A stretch of 60,557 nt of DNA from Octopus bimaculoides (GCF_001194135.2 NC_068990.1:57742285-57802841); one strand, 5' to 3'; positions 1 through 12,721 are shown, counted from the first letter of the stretch. A program made the numbers and translations. Notes: generated by a model from the sequence alone, not told the origin.

Positions 1-42
<42 letters not shown>

Positions 43-203
43 GTATATATATACATATATATATGTATATATACACATATATATATTATATGTACATATA
101 TATATACATATATAAATATATATATATATACAGTGTATACATATATTTAGGTAGATACATACATTCACATATGCATACATACATACGTGCATACATATAA
201 AAG
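1..203. repeat. Compound (TA)n/(TACA)n microsatellite
   Basis: Dinucleotide and tetranucleotide reiteration read directly. Confidence 0.95.
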
Positions 204-275
204 GTGTGTGTGTGCGTGCATGTGTGTGTGTGCGTGCATGTGTGCGTGTGCGTGCATGTGTGTGTGTGCGTGCAT
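204..275. repeat. 18-bp minisatellite x4 (GTGTGTGTGTGCGTGCAT)
   Basis: Units at 204, 222, 240 and 258; one substitution in unit 3. Confidence 0.9.
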
Positions 276-757
276 GTGTGTGTGTGTGTGAGAGAGAGAG
301 TGAGAGAGAGTATGTGTAATCGTTTTGCTAAGGCTACCTCATGGTCTGAAGTATATAATCGCAAGTTACTTTTCTTCATCGACAATGTTTCTTGTCTTGT
401 TATATGTGATAAAGTTTTGACAAAATGCATAACGCATTACTTCCTAAGAGTTGCCTTAAAATGAACGTCATTGTGATTGTTTTGGGAAGAATTGAAAATA
501 AACTGCGACTTATTTCCATATCGTAAAGGACGGAGAGTATACGTGGAAAATTAAGCTATGGTTTGACAATGCATATTTTTGAATTAATTATAGTAATTGG
601 CGGTGTATTAACTATTAATCAGTTCATTTAGTTTTTCTAGTATGTCAGCAAATAGTTGTCGAAGTGTCAACATTTGCTGAAGTTCTCTGATTTGCCATTT
701 AAAAAGTTTGCAAATTTCCGAAGGTCTATGAATATGACGCTCTTTTACACACATATG

Positions 758-799
<42 letters not shown>

Positions 800-1104
800 A
801 AAGTATATAAGTAACTATGTATAGAATGTTTGTAAATATGTATGTATATGTATGCATATAATAAAAAATAGAAGTTGAGAGATTATGATATTGTTTTTGC
901 TTCATAATGGACAATGTTTCAACAATTCCACGGTGACTCTTCCTACAATCTATCTATAGACATGTAGGCCTATAATGATCTAATTATGCTTGCAACGTCA
1001 TATATATATATATATATACAATCGCCTAGTTACCTAGGGAGTGCATCCTGTGAGTGCTTACCGCAGTAAATGCTTGGATTATCTTATTCTGAGTAACCTC
1101 GTTA

Positions 1105-1105
1105 C

Positions 1106-1187
<82 letters not shown>
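1105..1187. repeat. (CA)n microsatellite
   Basis: Read directly. Confidence 0.95.
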
Positions 1188-1189
<2 letters not shown>

Positions 1190-2289
1190 TTCACAAAATT
1201 CCGTTACACACAAAAGGTGAGTGGAGTGAATGATACAACTATACAAAGCGAGAGGAATATGAGGGAGAGGGACGAAGGCAGTAACAAATATAGACTGGGG
1301 AGGGGCAGCGTTGAACTAATTGCTAAAAGTAATTAGTGTAAAACGAAACAAATAGTTTTAATGCGTCTATGTGAATACAGTAGTTTTTAGAATCCTTGAA
1401 ACACCTTCTGTATTTTCGTATCATCCTTAAAGGATACACAACACCGACAAGAAATCATACTAGAAACATAGTGTTAGAGTCACAAACAAGTCCAAACGAT
1501 AAGCGATTCTTTGTTCACTCACGTTTTTGTCATTCAGCTTCATTTTCCGATATTACCAGATATATTTCATCTATTGACGTTATATCAGATCTGATTTCTT
1601 TCCCCTTTCATATAATACCAACAACCTACACAATACAAATCATTTAAATTCATACTTCCTCGAGAGGAAAAAACTAAAAAAGAAAAAAAAAAAGGTAAAA
1701 AGATAGAAAGACATTTTAGAGACATTTGGTGAAGGGGACTTAGATTGAAATGGGAAATTGAAAGATGAGGAGAAAATGGAAGCAGGAGGAAAGGATAAAG
1801 TTATGGTTTAAGACAGATATTTGTGGCGATATACAGAAGAGGAAATATTACTTGTACGCTTTCCGATAGAGGACAATGGCATCATTAACTGCAGTGACTT
1901 TTGGTTATTGCTTCTTCTGTTAGCTTTGTTGATGATACATCTTCAACGTTTTTACTCACGCCATCTCTTTATATTGCTTTGCTCTAATCCAATTGTAATT
2001 TAACAATAAACATATCCGGTGTCATTTTGTTTTTGTAATCGTATAACCAGAGCATTTTTTTGTGTGTGTGTGTGTGTGTCTGTTGGTCGCGTGATCTTCA
2101 TTTACATTATTTCATTTTCATGTCTTTATTGTATTTTACATATTCTTTTGAACATTAACAGATATTGAAAGGAGATGAGGAAAAGAGAGCGAGAGAGAAA
2201 ATAGGGAACGTAAAAGGCATACTAAGAGAGAAATAGCACAAGTTGTGAAAGAGAACACAAAGGACAGGCTAGATGATAAAATGAAGGAA

Positions 2290-2465
2290 AAGTTGTATAG
2301 CCTTTCCCTTTGGATAATATCCATGGTTTTGTGAGAGGAAAACTGCACGCATGAGCAACTGCTGGTCTTCCATAACAATAAATAAATAAATAAACGAAAT
2401 AAAAAATAAAAATATTTCCACGCCTACATTTTATTAAGGAAATTTCTAGGTGCAGATCCATCATA
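2290..2465 (+). mobile_element. 3' part of SINE family E (degenerate)
   Basis: GCCTTTCCCTTGGATAATATC...CTGCTGGTCTTCCAT...TTTCTAGGTGCA matches the 3' half of the copy at 55258-55580. Confidence 0.55.
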
Positions 2466-2609
2466 TCTTATGGAGGCCCAGATCAGATACAAATATATGT
2501 ATACAATGGGCTTCCACATGTTTGCCGTCTGGTGTATTACATTCATATGTGTCTCCTCTCTCTCTCCACACACACATTTATATATACACATACATATATG
2601 TATAGTATA

Positions 2610-2648
<39 letters not shown>

Positions 2649-2711
2649 NNNNNNNNNNNNNNNNNNNNNNNNNNNNNNNNNNNNNNNNNNNNNNNNNNNN
2701 NNATATATAAC

Positions 2712-3895
2712 ATATACAAGATTTCTATAGAAAGTAATGCAAAAGTGGTCATAATTTGGTTAAATGACACACTTCGTTTAATTGCACAAGATTGTAAAGT
2801 AACGCTTCCTGTATATAAAGTACTGCTCAACATAAACTCCATTACAAGCGATGTATTTGTGCCATTGTTGACCACCAAGTTTTGAACCTCTTTAAAGTAA
2901 TTCAGGTCTGTATTCTTTCTACCCACTTTTTTGCAACCACCTACATTCTGTCTATGTCATCAAATCGTTGGCCGCGAATATTATCTTTCATTGGACCAAA
3001 CGGATGGAAGTCGGAGGAAGCCAGATCCGAGACGTACAGCCGATAGGACATCATTGATCTGTCAAAGATGTATTTAGTGGCTCATTGTTATAGTGAATGT
3101 GGATCGTATTCAAATGCTTGTTGAGTCTCTTTCCTTCTACTGGCCTCTTTAAACGTTGTCAGTGTTTCTATGTACTACTCACTGTTTACTGTACAACCAC
3201 GACCACAAAAACAGGGAAAATGACATCCTTTTCCCAGTCATTATGAGTTTTAGCATGCAACACAGGCTCTTGAACTTGGAGAAGAGGTGTGATACAAAGT
3301 ATTAAGCCTTTGATTCTGGATCACAAGGATACACCTAGGTTTCATACGCTGTGGCCAGATCGGAAAGAAAAACCTGCCTTAATCAGCTTCCAGCAGACGA
3401 GTGCAAGCTACACACTTCTCTTCTTTAAATGACGTGTCAGCTGCCGAGATTCCCACTTTGCAGATACTTTCCGTTGTCCACGTCTTCCACCATTCAATAT
3501 GAACCATTGTGACGCCAGTTCAGTTGAGCAACAAGACCACTTATTATGATTCCTCTTTTCGCGAGGATATGTTCGCACATTTGCAGATGATACGTTTTTG
3601 TTGCCACAGTATAGAGCCTTCCTGTTCATGGTTTGTTTTCGATGCTGGTTTCCCTTCTTTAAATTTTTTTGTCAATCTGTGCACATTAATGTTATCACTT
3701 GTGTTATCCCCGTGAACAATGTGCAGCTTTCTGTGAATGTCCGACAGCCTACACTTCAACTTCATCCAGAACTCAATGACAGTACGGTGTTTCTGCTTCA
3801 CACCCATTTTTTGCTTACGATAAAGAACATGATGAAGAGTTAGTATACGAGATGCTCTACCAACATGTGAAATTCGAACATTCGATATCAGTTAA
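2712..3895 (-). mobile_element. Decayed near-full-length mariner (Tc1/mariner) transposon; transposase pseudogene
   Basis: Minus-strand pieces follow mariner order: MGVKQKHRTVIEFWMKLKCRLSDIHRKLHIVHGDN (HTH), RKVSAKWESRQLT (WVPRQLT-like), ATAYET*VYPCDPESK (TGDETW-like), VNSE*YIETL, HYNNEP (HDNARP-like), YVSDLASSDFHPFGPMK (YSPDLAPSD-like), QQWHKYIACNGVYVE. Stops and frameshifts throughout; ends approximate. Confidence 0.9.
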
Positions 3896-4019
3896 ATGAA
3901 AGAAAAATTATGCGCACTCTTCTTTCTACACATACACACACATATATAACTTTATATATATAAACACGTATTGATACATGAATGCTTACGTATGTATATC
4001 TATGTCGATACATATACAC

Positions 4020-4052
<33 letters not shown>

Positions 4053-4071
4053 TGTATGTATGTATGTATGC

Positions 4072-4115
<44 letters not shown>

Positions 4116-4540
4116 NNNNNNNNNNNNNNNNNNNNNNNNNNNNNNNNNNNNNNNNNNNNNNNNNNNNNNNNNNNNNNNNNNNNNNNNNNNNNNNNNNNNN
4201 NNNNNNNNNNNNNNNNNNNNNNNNNNNNNNNNNNNNNNNNNNNNNNNNNNNNNNNNNNNNNNNNNNNNNNNNNNNNNNNNNNNNNNNNNNNNNNNNNNNN
4301 NNNNNNNNNNNNNNNNNNNNNNNNNNNNNNNNNNNNNNNNNNNNNNNNNNNNNNNNNNNNNNNNNNNNNNNNNNNNNNNNNNNNNNNNNNNNNNNNNNNN
4401 NNNNNNNNNNNNNNNNNNNNNNNNNNNNNNNNNNNNNNNNNNNNNNNNNNNNNNNNNNNNNNNNNNNNNNNNNNNNNNNNNNNNNNNNNNNNNNNNNNNN
4501 NNNNNNNNNNNNNNNNNNNNNNNNNNNNNNNNNNNNNNNN

Positions 4541-4597
<57 letters not shown>

Positions 4598-4838
4598 TGT
4601 ATCTTTGCATGTCACATGACTTGCATATTTATTTCGCCCGAAATCCCGTACTGTCTCTGTAATATCGTGTATTCTCATCCAAAATGGAAACCAGTGCCAT
4701 TGTTCTTATGTGGCAGGATTGGTAATTGTTAAGCCATTACCCTCCACATGAAACAATAAATATACGAAGAAAGATTGACTTGCACGTGTGTGTATGTGCG
4801 TATGAGAGAGAGAAGAGGAGCAGGGGAGTGAGAGAGTA

Positions 4839-4879
<41 letters not shown>

Positions 4880-5270
4880 ATGAGAGAGCGGGTAACACTT
4901 GTTCAACTGAAAATTCAGCTTTTCAGATTATGACGCAATGAAAAATCAAAACCATGAAAGATGAATGCAGCCAATACAACTGGTGTCATTATTCGGGAAA
5001 GTGAAATTATATTTTTGTCTTTTAGATAAATTAAAATGTAAATATAAACTGAAACAGCGGCGTGTTTAATTTGTAATTGACCGCATTATATATTGTTGAT
5101 GTGATAGTTAAAGTTATTTTCTATCATTATTCTGCTAATGAATTGTGCAGATGAGAAAGAGTAGCGACTGTGATCCTTTATATGATGCCAAAGACGGATC
5201 GAAGAAATAGTAAATGTTTTCTTCAGATACGAAACTTGGCCTACCGCAAGTCAGTAGCTTCCGCTTAAAG

Positions 5271-5385
5271 CATTCAAAGTCTAATTGGCGGCATCAAACT
5301 GTATTCCAGATTACCAAATAGTATCATGGACGGTTTTTCCGACAGGATTCTACACAATTTCAGTCTGCCAAATTTCATTCGCAAG
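5271..5385 (+). CDS. Candidate internal coding exon of an unidentified gene (IQSLIGGIKLYSRLPNSIMDGFSDRILHNFSLPNFIRK)
   Basis: Acceptor ttccgcttaaag, strong donor AAG|gtgagt at 5385/5386, open frame. An in-frame ATG at 5326 is an alternative start. No recognisable homology. Confidence 0.35.
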
Positions 5386-5557
5386 GTGAGTTTCTCTATG
5401 GGAGAAGATACTTGTCGAAAGTTTCATGCAATAATTATTGAACATTTGATCATGTACTGGTAAAGCAAATAACTCAACCACTTAACCAAGCCTCTACCTT
5501 TTTTTGCGGATTACATGTTTATAGATAAAGTGATTCACAAACACACGCACCAAGATT

Positions 5558-5915
5558 ATAGGTGTATTTCTGTGTTACGCAGTTTGCTTGACAACCACCC
5601 GGTTCTGTGTTCAGTCTCACTGCGTAGTATCTTAGGGGAGTGTCTTCTAATATTATCCCAGGCAGACCAAAACCTTGCGCATGGATTTTGTTGATGCTTG
5701 TGTATGTGGGTCCGTGTTTGTCTCTGTATCTATCTCCTGTAATCGCTTAACTTCTGTTGGTCTATTTACGTCCCCATAACTTAGCGGGTGGGCAAAAGAC
5801 AGGAGAAGTACAAGGTTTAAAAAGTAAGTACCGGTGATTATTTATTCGACTGAATATTTCAAGGCGGTGCCCTGTCAGGGCTGCAGTCTAATGACTGAAA
5901 CAAGTACATGACATA
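5558..5915 (+). mobile_element. SINE family A, degenerate
   Basis: Head ...GGTTCTGTGTTCAGTCTCACTGCG, core AAGTAC, tail AAGGCGGTGCC...GCAGTCTAATGACTGAAACAAGTA. Confidence 0.85.
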
Positions 5916-6172
5916 AAAATGAACACAAATTGTTACAGATCTAAATAATAACAAATGACATCATAGTATGAATTAAAATAGACTGTGGGGTAGGACAGCA
6001 TTACGTTCACACTAATTTTTGTAATATGAATTAGAAGCAACTCGATGTATGAAAACAAAATCGAACACATACACGAGGTATGTGTGCTGTTAGTTCGTGG
6101 GTCGGCTGCAGTTTTTAGGTGTAAGAAAATATATTCTCTGTGCTCCTGGTGTAAAAATGCATCTGAAATAAG

Positions 6173-6391
6173 CCATAATCGAGCTAGGCAAGAAACATAG
6201 GTTCCTTCTCGGAGCGAAAGACATCGACATTTCGTCATTGTTGGGACTTATCAACACTGCATACCGAACAAGGCCCGCTACAAGCCATATCGCCGACTAT
6301 GATTATATACTAAATGATTTAAACATCTGCTGGCATGTCCCAACGTTTCATGTCACGGGAGAATTCAAATATGAAGTAGAAGCACCTCGAG
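6173..6391 (+). CDS. Candidate coding exon (..ELGKKHRFLLGAKDIDISSLLGLINTAYRTRPATSHIADYDYILNDLNICWHVPTFHVTGEFKYEVEAPR)
   Basis: 73 stop-free codons in a locally GC-richer patch ending at CGAG|gtatat. The acceptor is weak and uncertain. Confidence 0.35.
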
Positions 6392-7519
6392 GTATATGAA
6401 CAAAATCAAATACACATACACAAAATATGTGTGCTGTTAGTTCGTGGGTCGGCTGTAGTCTTCAGGCGTAAGAGAATACATTCTCTATGCTATTCTCTAT
6501 ACAAATTATTGTGATTGGCATTCAAAAATTCTGTAGGACATCCATGGGAAGTAGTATAATAAGCTAGGGACACACTAAGATTAGAGCTACTAATTCGCAT
6601 ATCGTAGCACGTTTAGCATGGCTAAATCATAATGTTGAAGAGTTGAAATATAGATATAATATTTTAATGCTGTCTTGAATTTTAATCTCCAGAAGGTGTT
6701 ATGTTTTCAATTTGTTACTTTTAGGAGTTGCAATGTCTTTCCATTTTTCCTTTTAATTTCCTGTTGCAATACGAATATTCAAACTTATTCACCGTCTAAA
6801 TTAAGCTATTTTATTCAAGAAACACGATAATGCAAATACGTCCGGAGAAAACAATTTCAATGAGCTGAACGGGAAAGAAAATTGTTTTTACTTTGGACTT
6901 TTTACAGTGGACTTCTAGCTGGTATACACTTTTGATAAGTTACAAGGCAGTTAACAGCTTAACATTATTGACTTCAAGCACCTGCTACCCACTATTTCTT
7001 TACTATTTGATTTATTATATCAATGACTCTTTTAAAACATTCACGCTAGAAAGTTGTAGTCAAATTATGTTACCACTAAAAACATTTCCGTTATCAAATC
7101 TACATTAATGCTTCGATGCACTTAGTAATAAACAATTTCATGAGCATCTCTCTAACTTAAAGCAACACTTGTACGTACATGTATATAATACTTACATACA
7201 TACTACACCCTCTCACATATAGGTGTGTATAGATGAATGTATATTTGGATGTGTTTACACACACATACACACGCATAGATATATATATATATATACATAC
7301 ACATATATATATGTATATATATATATGCATATATAAATTATATATATTATATATGTATATGCATACATATGCATATACGCACGCATATATATGTGTGTGT
7401 ATACAATCGCATATACGAGTGTGAATTGATGTTTGTGTACATGAATGAACATTTACTAGTTAGCAATAATATAGCTTCTTTAACTCGCCATCTCACTCTA
7501 TACATTCCTCCCTCCATCT

Positions 7520-7567
<48 letters not shown>

Positions 7568-7794
7568 GTATGTGTGCGCGCGTGTGTGGTTGCGCATTTA
7601 TGCATGTATGTATGTGTGTACACAAATATTTTTTTTATACATAAATGTACTTTTCTATATACTCTCTACGTGTAAACAAATGTGCATCGGTTGCTCTTGG
7701 TGACATTCTCTCTCATATCCCCTCTTTACTTTCTATTTCTGCTTCTTTCTCGTCACCTCTTCATTCACTTTTTGTTTCATACATACATACATAC

Positions 7795-7945
7795 AACAGT
7801 GATGTTAACAGGCCCTACCTACAAAGAAATGAAGGTGGTAGAGGCCTGAGGTCAGAGCAGACGGCCTTCGAATGCCGTATGGTATCACTCAGGCAGCACC
7901 TGCTGAACATCAGCAGCAAAAATAAATATGCAGACTATGTAGATC
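7795..7945 (+). mobile_element. Non-LTR retrotransposon RT C-terminal fragment, R4/Dong-like
   Basis: SDVNRPYLQRNEGGRGLRSEQTAFECRMVSLRQHL resembles the RLYLPRxEGGRGL motif of RLE-clade elements. Confidence 0.7.
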
Positions 7946-8200
7946 CCCCACCGTTGGATTATGTTCTGTTTTCTTTTTAACGAAATGTAATAAGGCAAAA
8001 ATCGCTACCTTGTTTCCCTCCTACAAGAAATAGAAGCCAAATTTCCCTTAAATCAAAAACTGCCCTCTTATATAACAAGAGAAAACATTAAACAATATAT
8101 TTCTAAACATTTACACTAAATCACCAATATATACAAAAAATAATATAAAGCTATACCAGGAAAATAATAAAAGAAACTACAAATCTCATAAAAACAAAAA

Positions 8201-8405
8201 TGCTGGCAGCATCGCTAGCACGCTGGCTAAAATGTTTAGCAAAATTTCATCCGTCTATATGTTCTGATTTCGAATTCCACGGAGGTCGACTTTGCTTTTA
8301 TCCCTTCATGTGTGATAGAATAAGCAGTTGAGTACAGGGGTCAATGTAATGGACTGTTCCTCCTCCCACCGCGAAATTACTGGCCTTCTGCCAAAATTTG
8401 AAACC
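8201..8405 (+). mobile_element. SINE family B
   Basis: GCTGGCAG..ATCG..AGCACG head, GGAGGTCGACTTTGCTTT, ATAAG-CAGTTGAGTAC core. Confidence 0.85.
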
Positions 8406-8461
8406 AATATATTTATAAATCCTAGTTGCAAAGATGGAATTATAACATGCTTAACATTAAT

Positions 8462-8530
8462 TTCAAGGTACAAGGCCATCAATTTCGGGGATAGTCGATT
8501 ACACCGACCCCAGTGGTCTACTGTTACTTA
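8462..8530 (-). mobile_element. SINE family B, 3' fragment
   Basis: ACAAGGCC..AATTTCGGGG.TAGTCGATTACACCGACCCCAGT. Confidence 0.65.
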
Positions 8531-8584
8531 TTTTTTGGGGTTACTCTATACTTTTGTAGAGTATAAATTTATTATTTTTATACG

Positions 8585-8649
8585 AGAATGTTGTTGACAA
8601 TGACTTCGAAGACTGGCCGATGTTTTGAAGTCACTGTCAACAACATTCT
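8585..8649 (+). ncRNA. 65-nt hairpin with pre-miRNA-like geometry (candidate)
   Basis: 27-position stem with 24 Watson-Crick pairs, 2 G-U pairs and 1 mismatch; 11-nt loop. The hairpin is certain; function is not. Confidence 0.3.
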
Positions 8650-9232
8650 TTTATTGGAATTATATATATGTGTGTGTGTGTGTGTCTGTGTGTGTGTGTC
8701 TGTGTGTGTGTTCCTGAAGTAATTTATTCATATTGCATATCAAATTCAGTCTCAATAATTATCAGTAGTCTTGCTTCTTACAGTAATGGGCAGTCTCTAC
8801 TCATTATATATGTATAGCCAGGTGGACAAGACTATTAGTGTTAAGAGTCTTCATATAAAATTAGCCAAGTGCCTGTAATGGAATACGAAATCTTGACCCA
8901 GCATCCTTTCCGCTCAGCCAGATTTCACTCACATGTTATAGAAAAAATTTGTCACGAAATATTTTTCTTTTTTCATCGACAAACTCTTATTGATTACGAA
9001 AGCGTTATTTACATAAAATGTCAAGAGTGTCCCGTTGAGTCAACACCACTTTAATATAATTTCTATTGAAAACATAAAGAAATCAGCATGAATAAACATA
9101 TTAGGGTGATGAGCATATTTCCATGGACAGCTTGACACTACTATTGAAGCAGATTTGACTGGTATTTATTACAATGTTTTGCTTAAATCTTACGTAAAAA
9201 AAATATATACAAAAACCAATCCAAGAATTTCC

Positions 9233-9273
<41 letters not shown>

Positions 9274-10404
9274 NNNNNNNNNNNNNNNNNNNNNNNNNNN
9301 NNNNNNNNNNNNNNNNNNNNNNNNNNNNNNNNNNNNNNNNNNNNNNNNNNNNNNNNNNNNNNNNNNNNNNNNNNNNNNNNNNNNNNNNNNNNNNNNNNNN
9401 NNNNNNNNNNNNNNNNNNNNNNNNNNNNNNNNNNNNNNNNNNNNNNNNNNNNNNNNNNNNNNNNNNNNNNNNNNNNNNNNNNNNNNNNNNNNNNNNNNNN
9501 NNNNNNNNNNNNNNNNNNNNNNNNNNNNNNNNNNNNNNNNNNNNNNNNNNNNNNNNNNNNNNNNNNNNNNNNNNNNNNNNNNNNNNNNNNNNNNNNNNNN
9601 NNNNNNNNNNNNNNNNNNNNNNNNNNNNNNNNNNNNNNNNNNNNNNNNNNNNNNNNNNNNNNNNNNNNNNNNNNNNNNNNNNNNNNNNNNNNNNNNNNNN
9701 NNNNNNNNNNNNNNNNNNNNNNNNNNNNNNNNNNNNNNNNNNNNNNNNNNNNNNNNNNNNNNNNNNNNNNNNNNNNNNNNNNNNNNNNNNNNNNNNNNNN
9801 NNNNNNNNNNNNNNNNNNNNNNNNNNNNNNNNNNNNNNNNNNNNNNNNNNNNNNNNNNNNNNNNNNNNNNNNNNNNNNNNNNNNNNNNNNNNNNNTGTGT
9901 GTGTGTGTGTTATAAATATATATGTGTGTGTGCGTGTGTGTGTGTATCTATGTGTATGTATGTATGTATGTATGTATGTATGTATCCTGATTCAGTAGGG
10001 TCATGTGATATTTCACATTTGGTTCATTGCTTCGTAAATTGTTTCATCCTTGAAGGTTTGCTCGCTTTCCATATAGTATGTATTCTTTTTTTCTTTGTAC
10101 TTTTCTTTCAACTAGGTTAGGGATTTTTAAATCATTTTTCCTTTCCAAATTGTGTCATTATTGTTTGATTCTTGCATCTTCAATCCACCACGACTTCCTA
10201 GGTTTTCTTTTCTTTGAGTTCTTTTGTTACACATATCCGCAATCCTCTCTTGATATTTCTACTTCGATTTTACCTACCTCTATATATCTTACTTTTTCTA
10301 TAGTTTTATTTCGTTTACTGCTGTTGTCTTTCTCACTCCGTTTCTCTTTATCTGAAATTATATTATGAATTTTCTACTAAGATTTTTGTTTAATTTCTTT
10401 TCAG

Positions 10405-10450
10405 ATATTGAATGCTATTGATTTTCTCATATGTTCCTACGGTGCCGAAG
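10405..10450 (+). CDS. Candidate 46-nt micro-exon (ILNAIDFLICSYGAE)
   Basis: Strong acceptor taatttcttttcag and donor AAG|gtgagt; only phase 0 is open, compatible with the phase-0 donor at 5385. Confidence 0.4.
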
Positions 10451-11825
10451 GTGAGTCACTAGATTTTTAGATGTTATTAAAACTGAAAAATAAACAAAAT
10501 TAAACAAAAATATGAAGCAATAAGAATATATTCCATGAATACAAAAATGAAAACAAAGAATATAAAAAAAAAGCCCTATGACATTATATTTGCTAAAATA
10601 TAAGTTACGCTTCTTTCAGATGCATTTTATGTAGAATTGGTAGGAGATAAGTGAAATAATAGATGTAAATGGAAGCTGTTAGTTGTGGCAAGTAAGCAAA
10701 CCAGGGTGCTATTTCTTCTTTTGTTTCTTCAAGCGCGAAGCTAATAACAATTTCTAAAATTCTTTTCTCGGCTTGCATAGCTTTATTTAACTGTTGTATT
10801 CGCAGTGCAATATAAATGGCAGACATCAAAAGATTTAGCTTATTACATCCATTGCTTTATAGCTAACCGACATTGGCAATACATGTCAATAACATTTTTT
10901 TCTTTTATTTTTGTTTTCGATACCATATCTAAACGCTACTTTTATCCATTTATCTTGGAAAAGTTTCCATTTTTGTTTCTTGAACATCTGTTTTCTTATA
11001 GCCTTTGTTTTATTTTTCGAATGTCGCTATATCATTATTGTTTTATTTTATATATTTATTTTAAATATTTCATATCATGTATCCCACGTTTGTCTTTTTC
11101 TGCGACATTAACCCCTCATGACATTTTTTAATATCAAATAAATTTTTATTATTCTTTCTAGTTTATTTGTTATTCATCCACTGTAAGAATGTTTCCAAAA
11201 AAATACTAAATATTAAGTACTTATCAGATGGTCTTATAAGAATTTAATAATGGCACAAATAATCTCTTGATTTTCCATAACCTGTATACATAAGATGAAG
11301 ACCAAACTTTTCTATAGTTATTGCAAAACCAAACTCATCTAAACGATAGTAAATAATGGAAAGAAAAACAAAGGAATAAAAATTATTGTATAATTATTTC
11401 TTTTTTATTGGCACAAAATAATGACAGAAAAAAATTCTTGACGTTATAGAATATTGATTTCGGAACTGTTTGAAGATATTCGCTGGTGCATTCTTCAATT
11501 TGTCTTTAATATAAGTTTTAGCAGTTCGGCTGTTGGGCAGGATATTCGTCCGGAAAGAAAAAGGATCAACCAAATGATTGTACACCTTCTCTCCAGAAAC
11601 ACTACGATATCATAATATTCTTTCTTGCATCATGCATCATAGTTTTCCTATTGTATGAAGGTTTTTCTGTAAGAATTTCCAGCTACAACACCGTCCACGT
11701 CTCACCGCATTTCACAATAATGACTTCAAATAATACTCGAACAATACACGAACTGCAATTAAATTCATTTATTCAAGCAGTTTTCGAAAATAAGCCCCAC
11801 ATTTCGCAAACCTTTAAATGAAGAA

Positions 11826-11862
<37 letters not shown>

Positions 11863-12261
11863 GAAGATACGTCTCTTCCATATATATTCTACCCGGAAAC
11901 TCATTTTTTCCTCCAGATATTAGAAGATTTATAAAGTAATCCATGTAATCAGGATCTCAAAGGCCAGATAAAACTATAATCACAATCACACTCCTAAAAT
12001 TTAGATCCTAAAGTAACTATTGTGGTAATCAACATTTTCTTTAGTCATTTATTAAACACTTAATGAAGGCCCTGGAATTTGGAAATTGGGGAAAAAATCA
12101 TTATCATTTTTCTGAAGTCTGTTAAATGTCTAACCTAAAGAGCATACTGTGACCCATGCACATCCTCAAAACTAAACATTGTTAAAAAATACATTCTCAT
12201 CTGCAAATTCTAGTATAGATGTTTACATTACGCCAAGCTTACATTACGCCACTAAACTTAC

Positions 12262-12352
12262 CAGAATTACGTGATGGATTCCATCAGTTACACAAAACTC
12301 ACTGACATAATCATGCACTTCCGTCCGATTATATACAAAATGCTCAGTACCG
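12262..12352 (-). CDS. Weak candidate exon (GTEHFVYNRTEVHDYVSEFCVTDGIHHVIL)
   Basis: Acceptor tgtttcttaag, donor CTG|gtaagt, one open frame; no homology recognised. Confidence 0.2.
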
Positions 12353-12502
12353 CTTAAGAAACAATGCATAAAGAATTTGTAATTTACAGAAATGAATACC
12401 ACGAGGATACATCATTTACCAAGTCTTTTTAACCTTCATAAAAGCCCTTTTAAGAGTTTCCCAAGATATCCACTCGACTTACAATGCAAGTATTACATTT
12501 GT

Positions 12503-12721
12503 ATAATCATGTCTGCTCTAGGCACAAGGCCCGAAATTTTTTGGGCGAGTCCAGTCGACTAGATCGACTCCAGTATGGAACTGGGACTTAGTATATCGAC
12601 CTCGAAAGGATGAAAGACAAAGTCGACCTCGGCGGAATTTGAACTCAGAACATAAAGACAGATGAAATACTGCTAAGCGTTTCGCCCGGCGTGCTAACAT
12701 TTCTGCCACCTCGCCGCCCTA
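12503..12721 (-). mobile_element. SINE family B, full length
   Basis: Reverse complement reads GGGCGGCGAGGTGGCAGAAATGTTAGCACGCCGGGCGAAACGCTTAGC...GAGTTCAAATTCCGCCGAGGTCGACTTTG...GGCCTTGTGCC. Confidence 0.92.
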
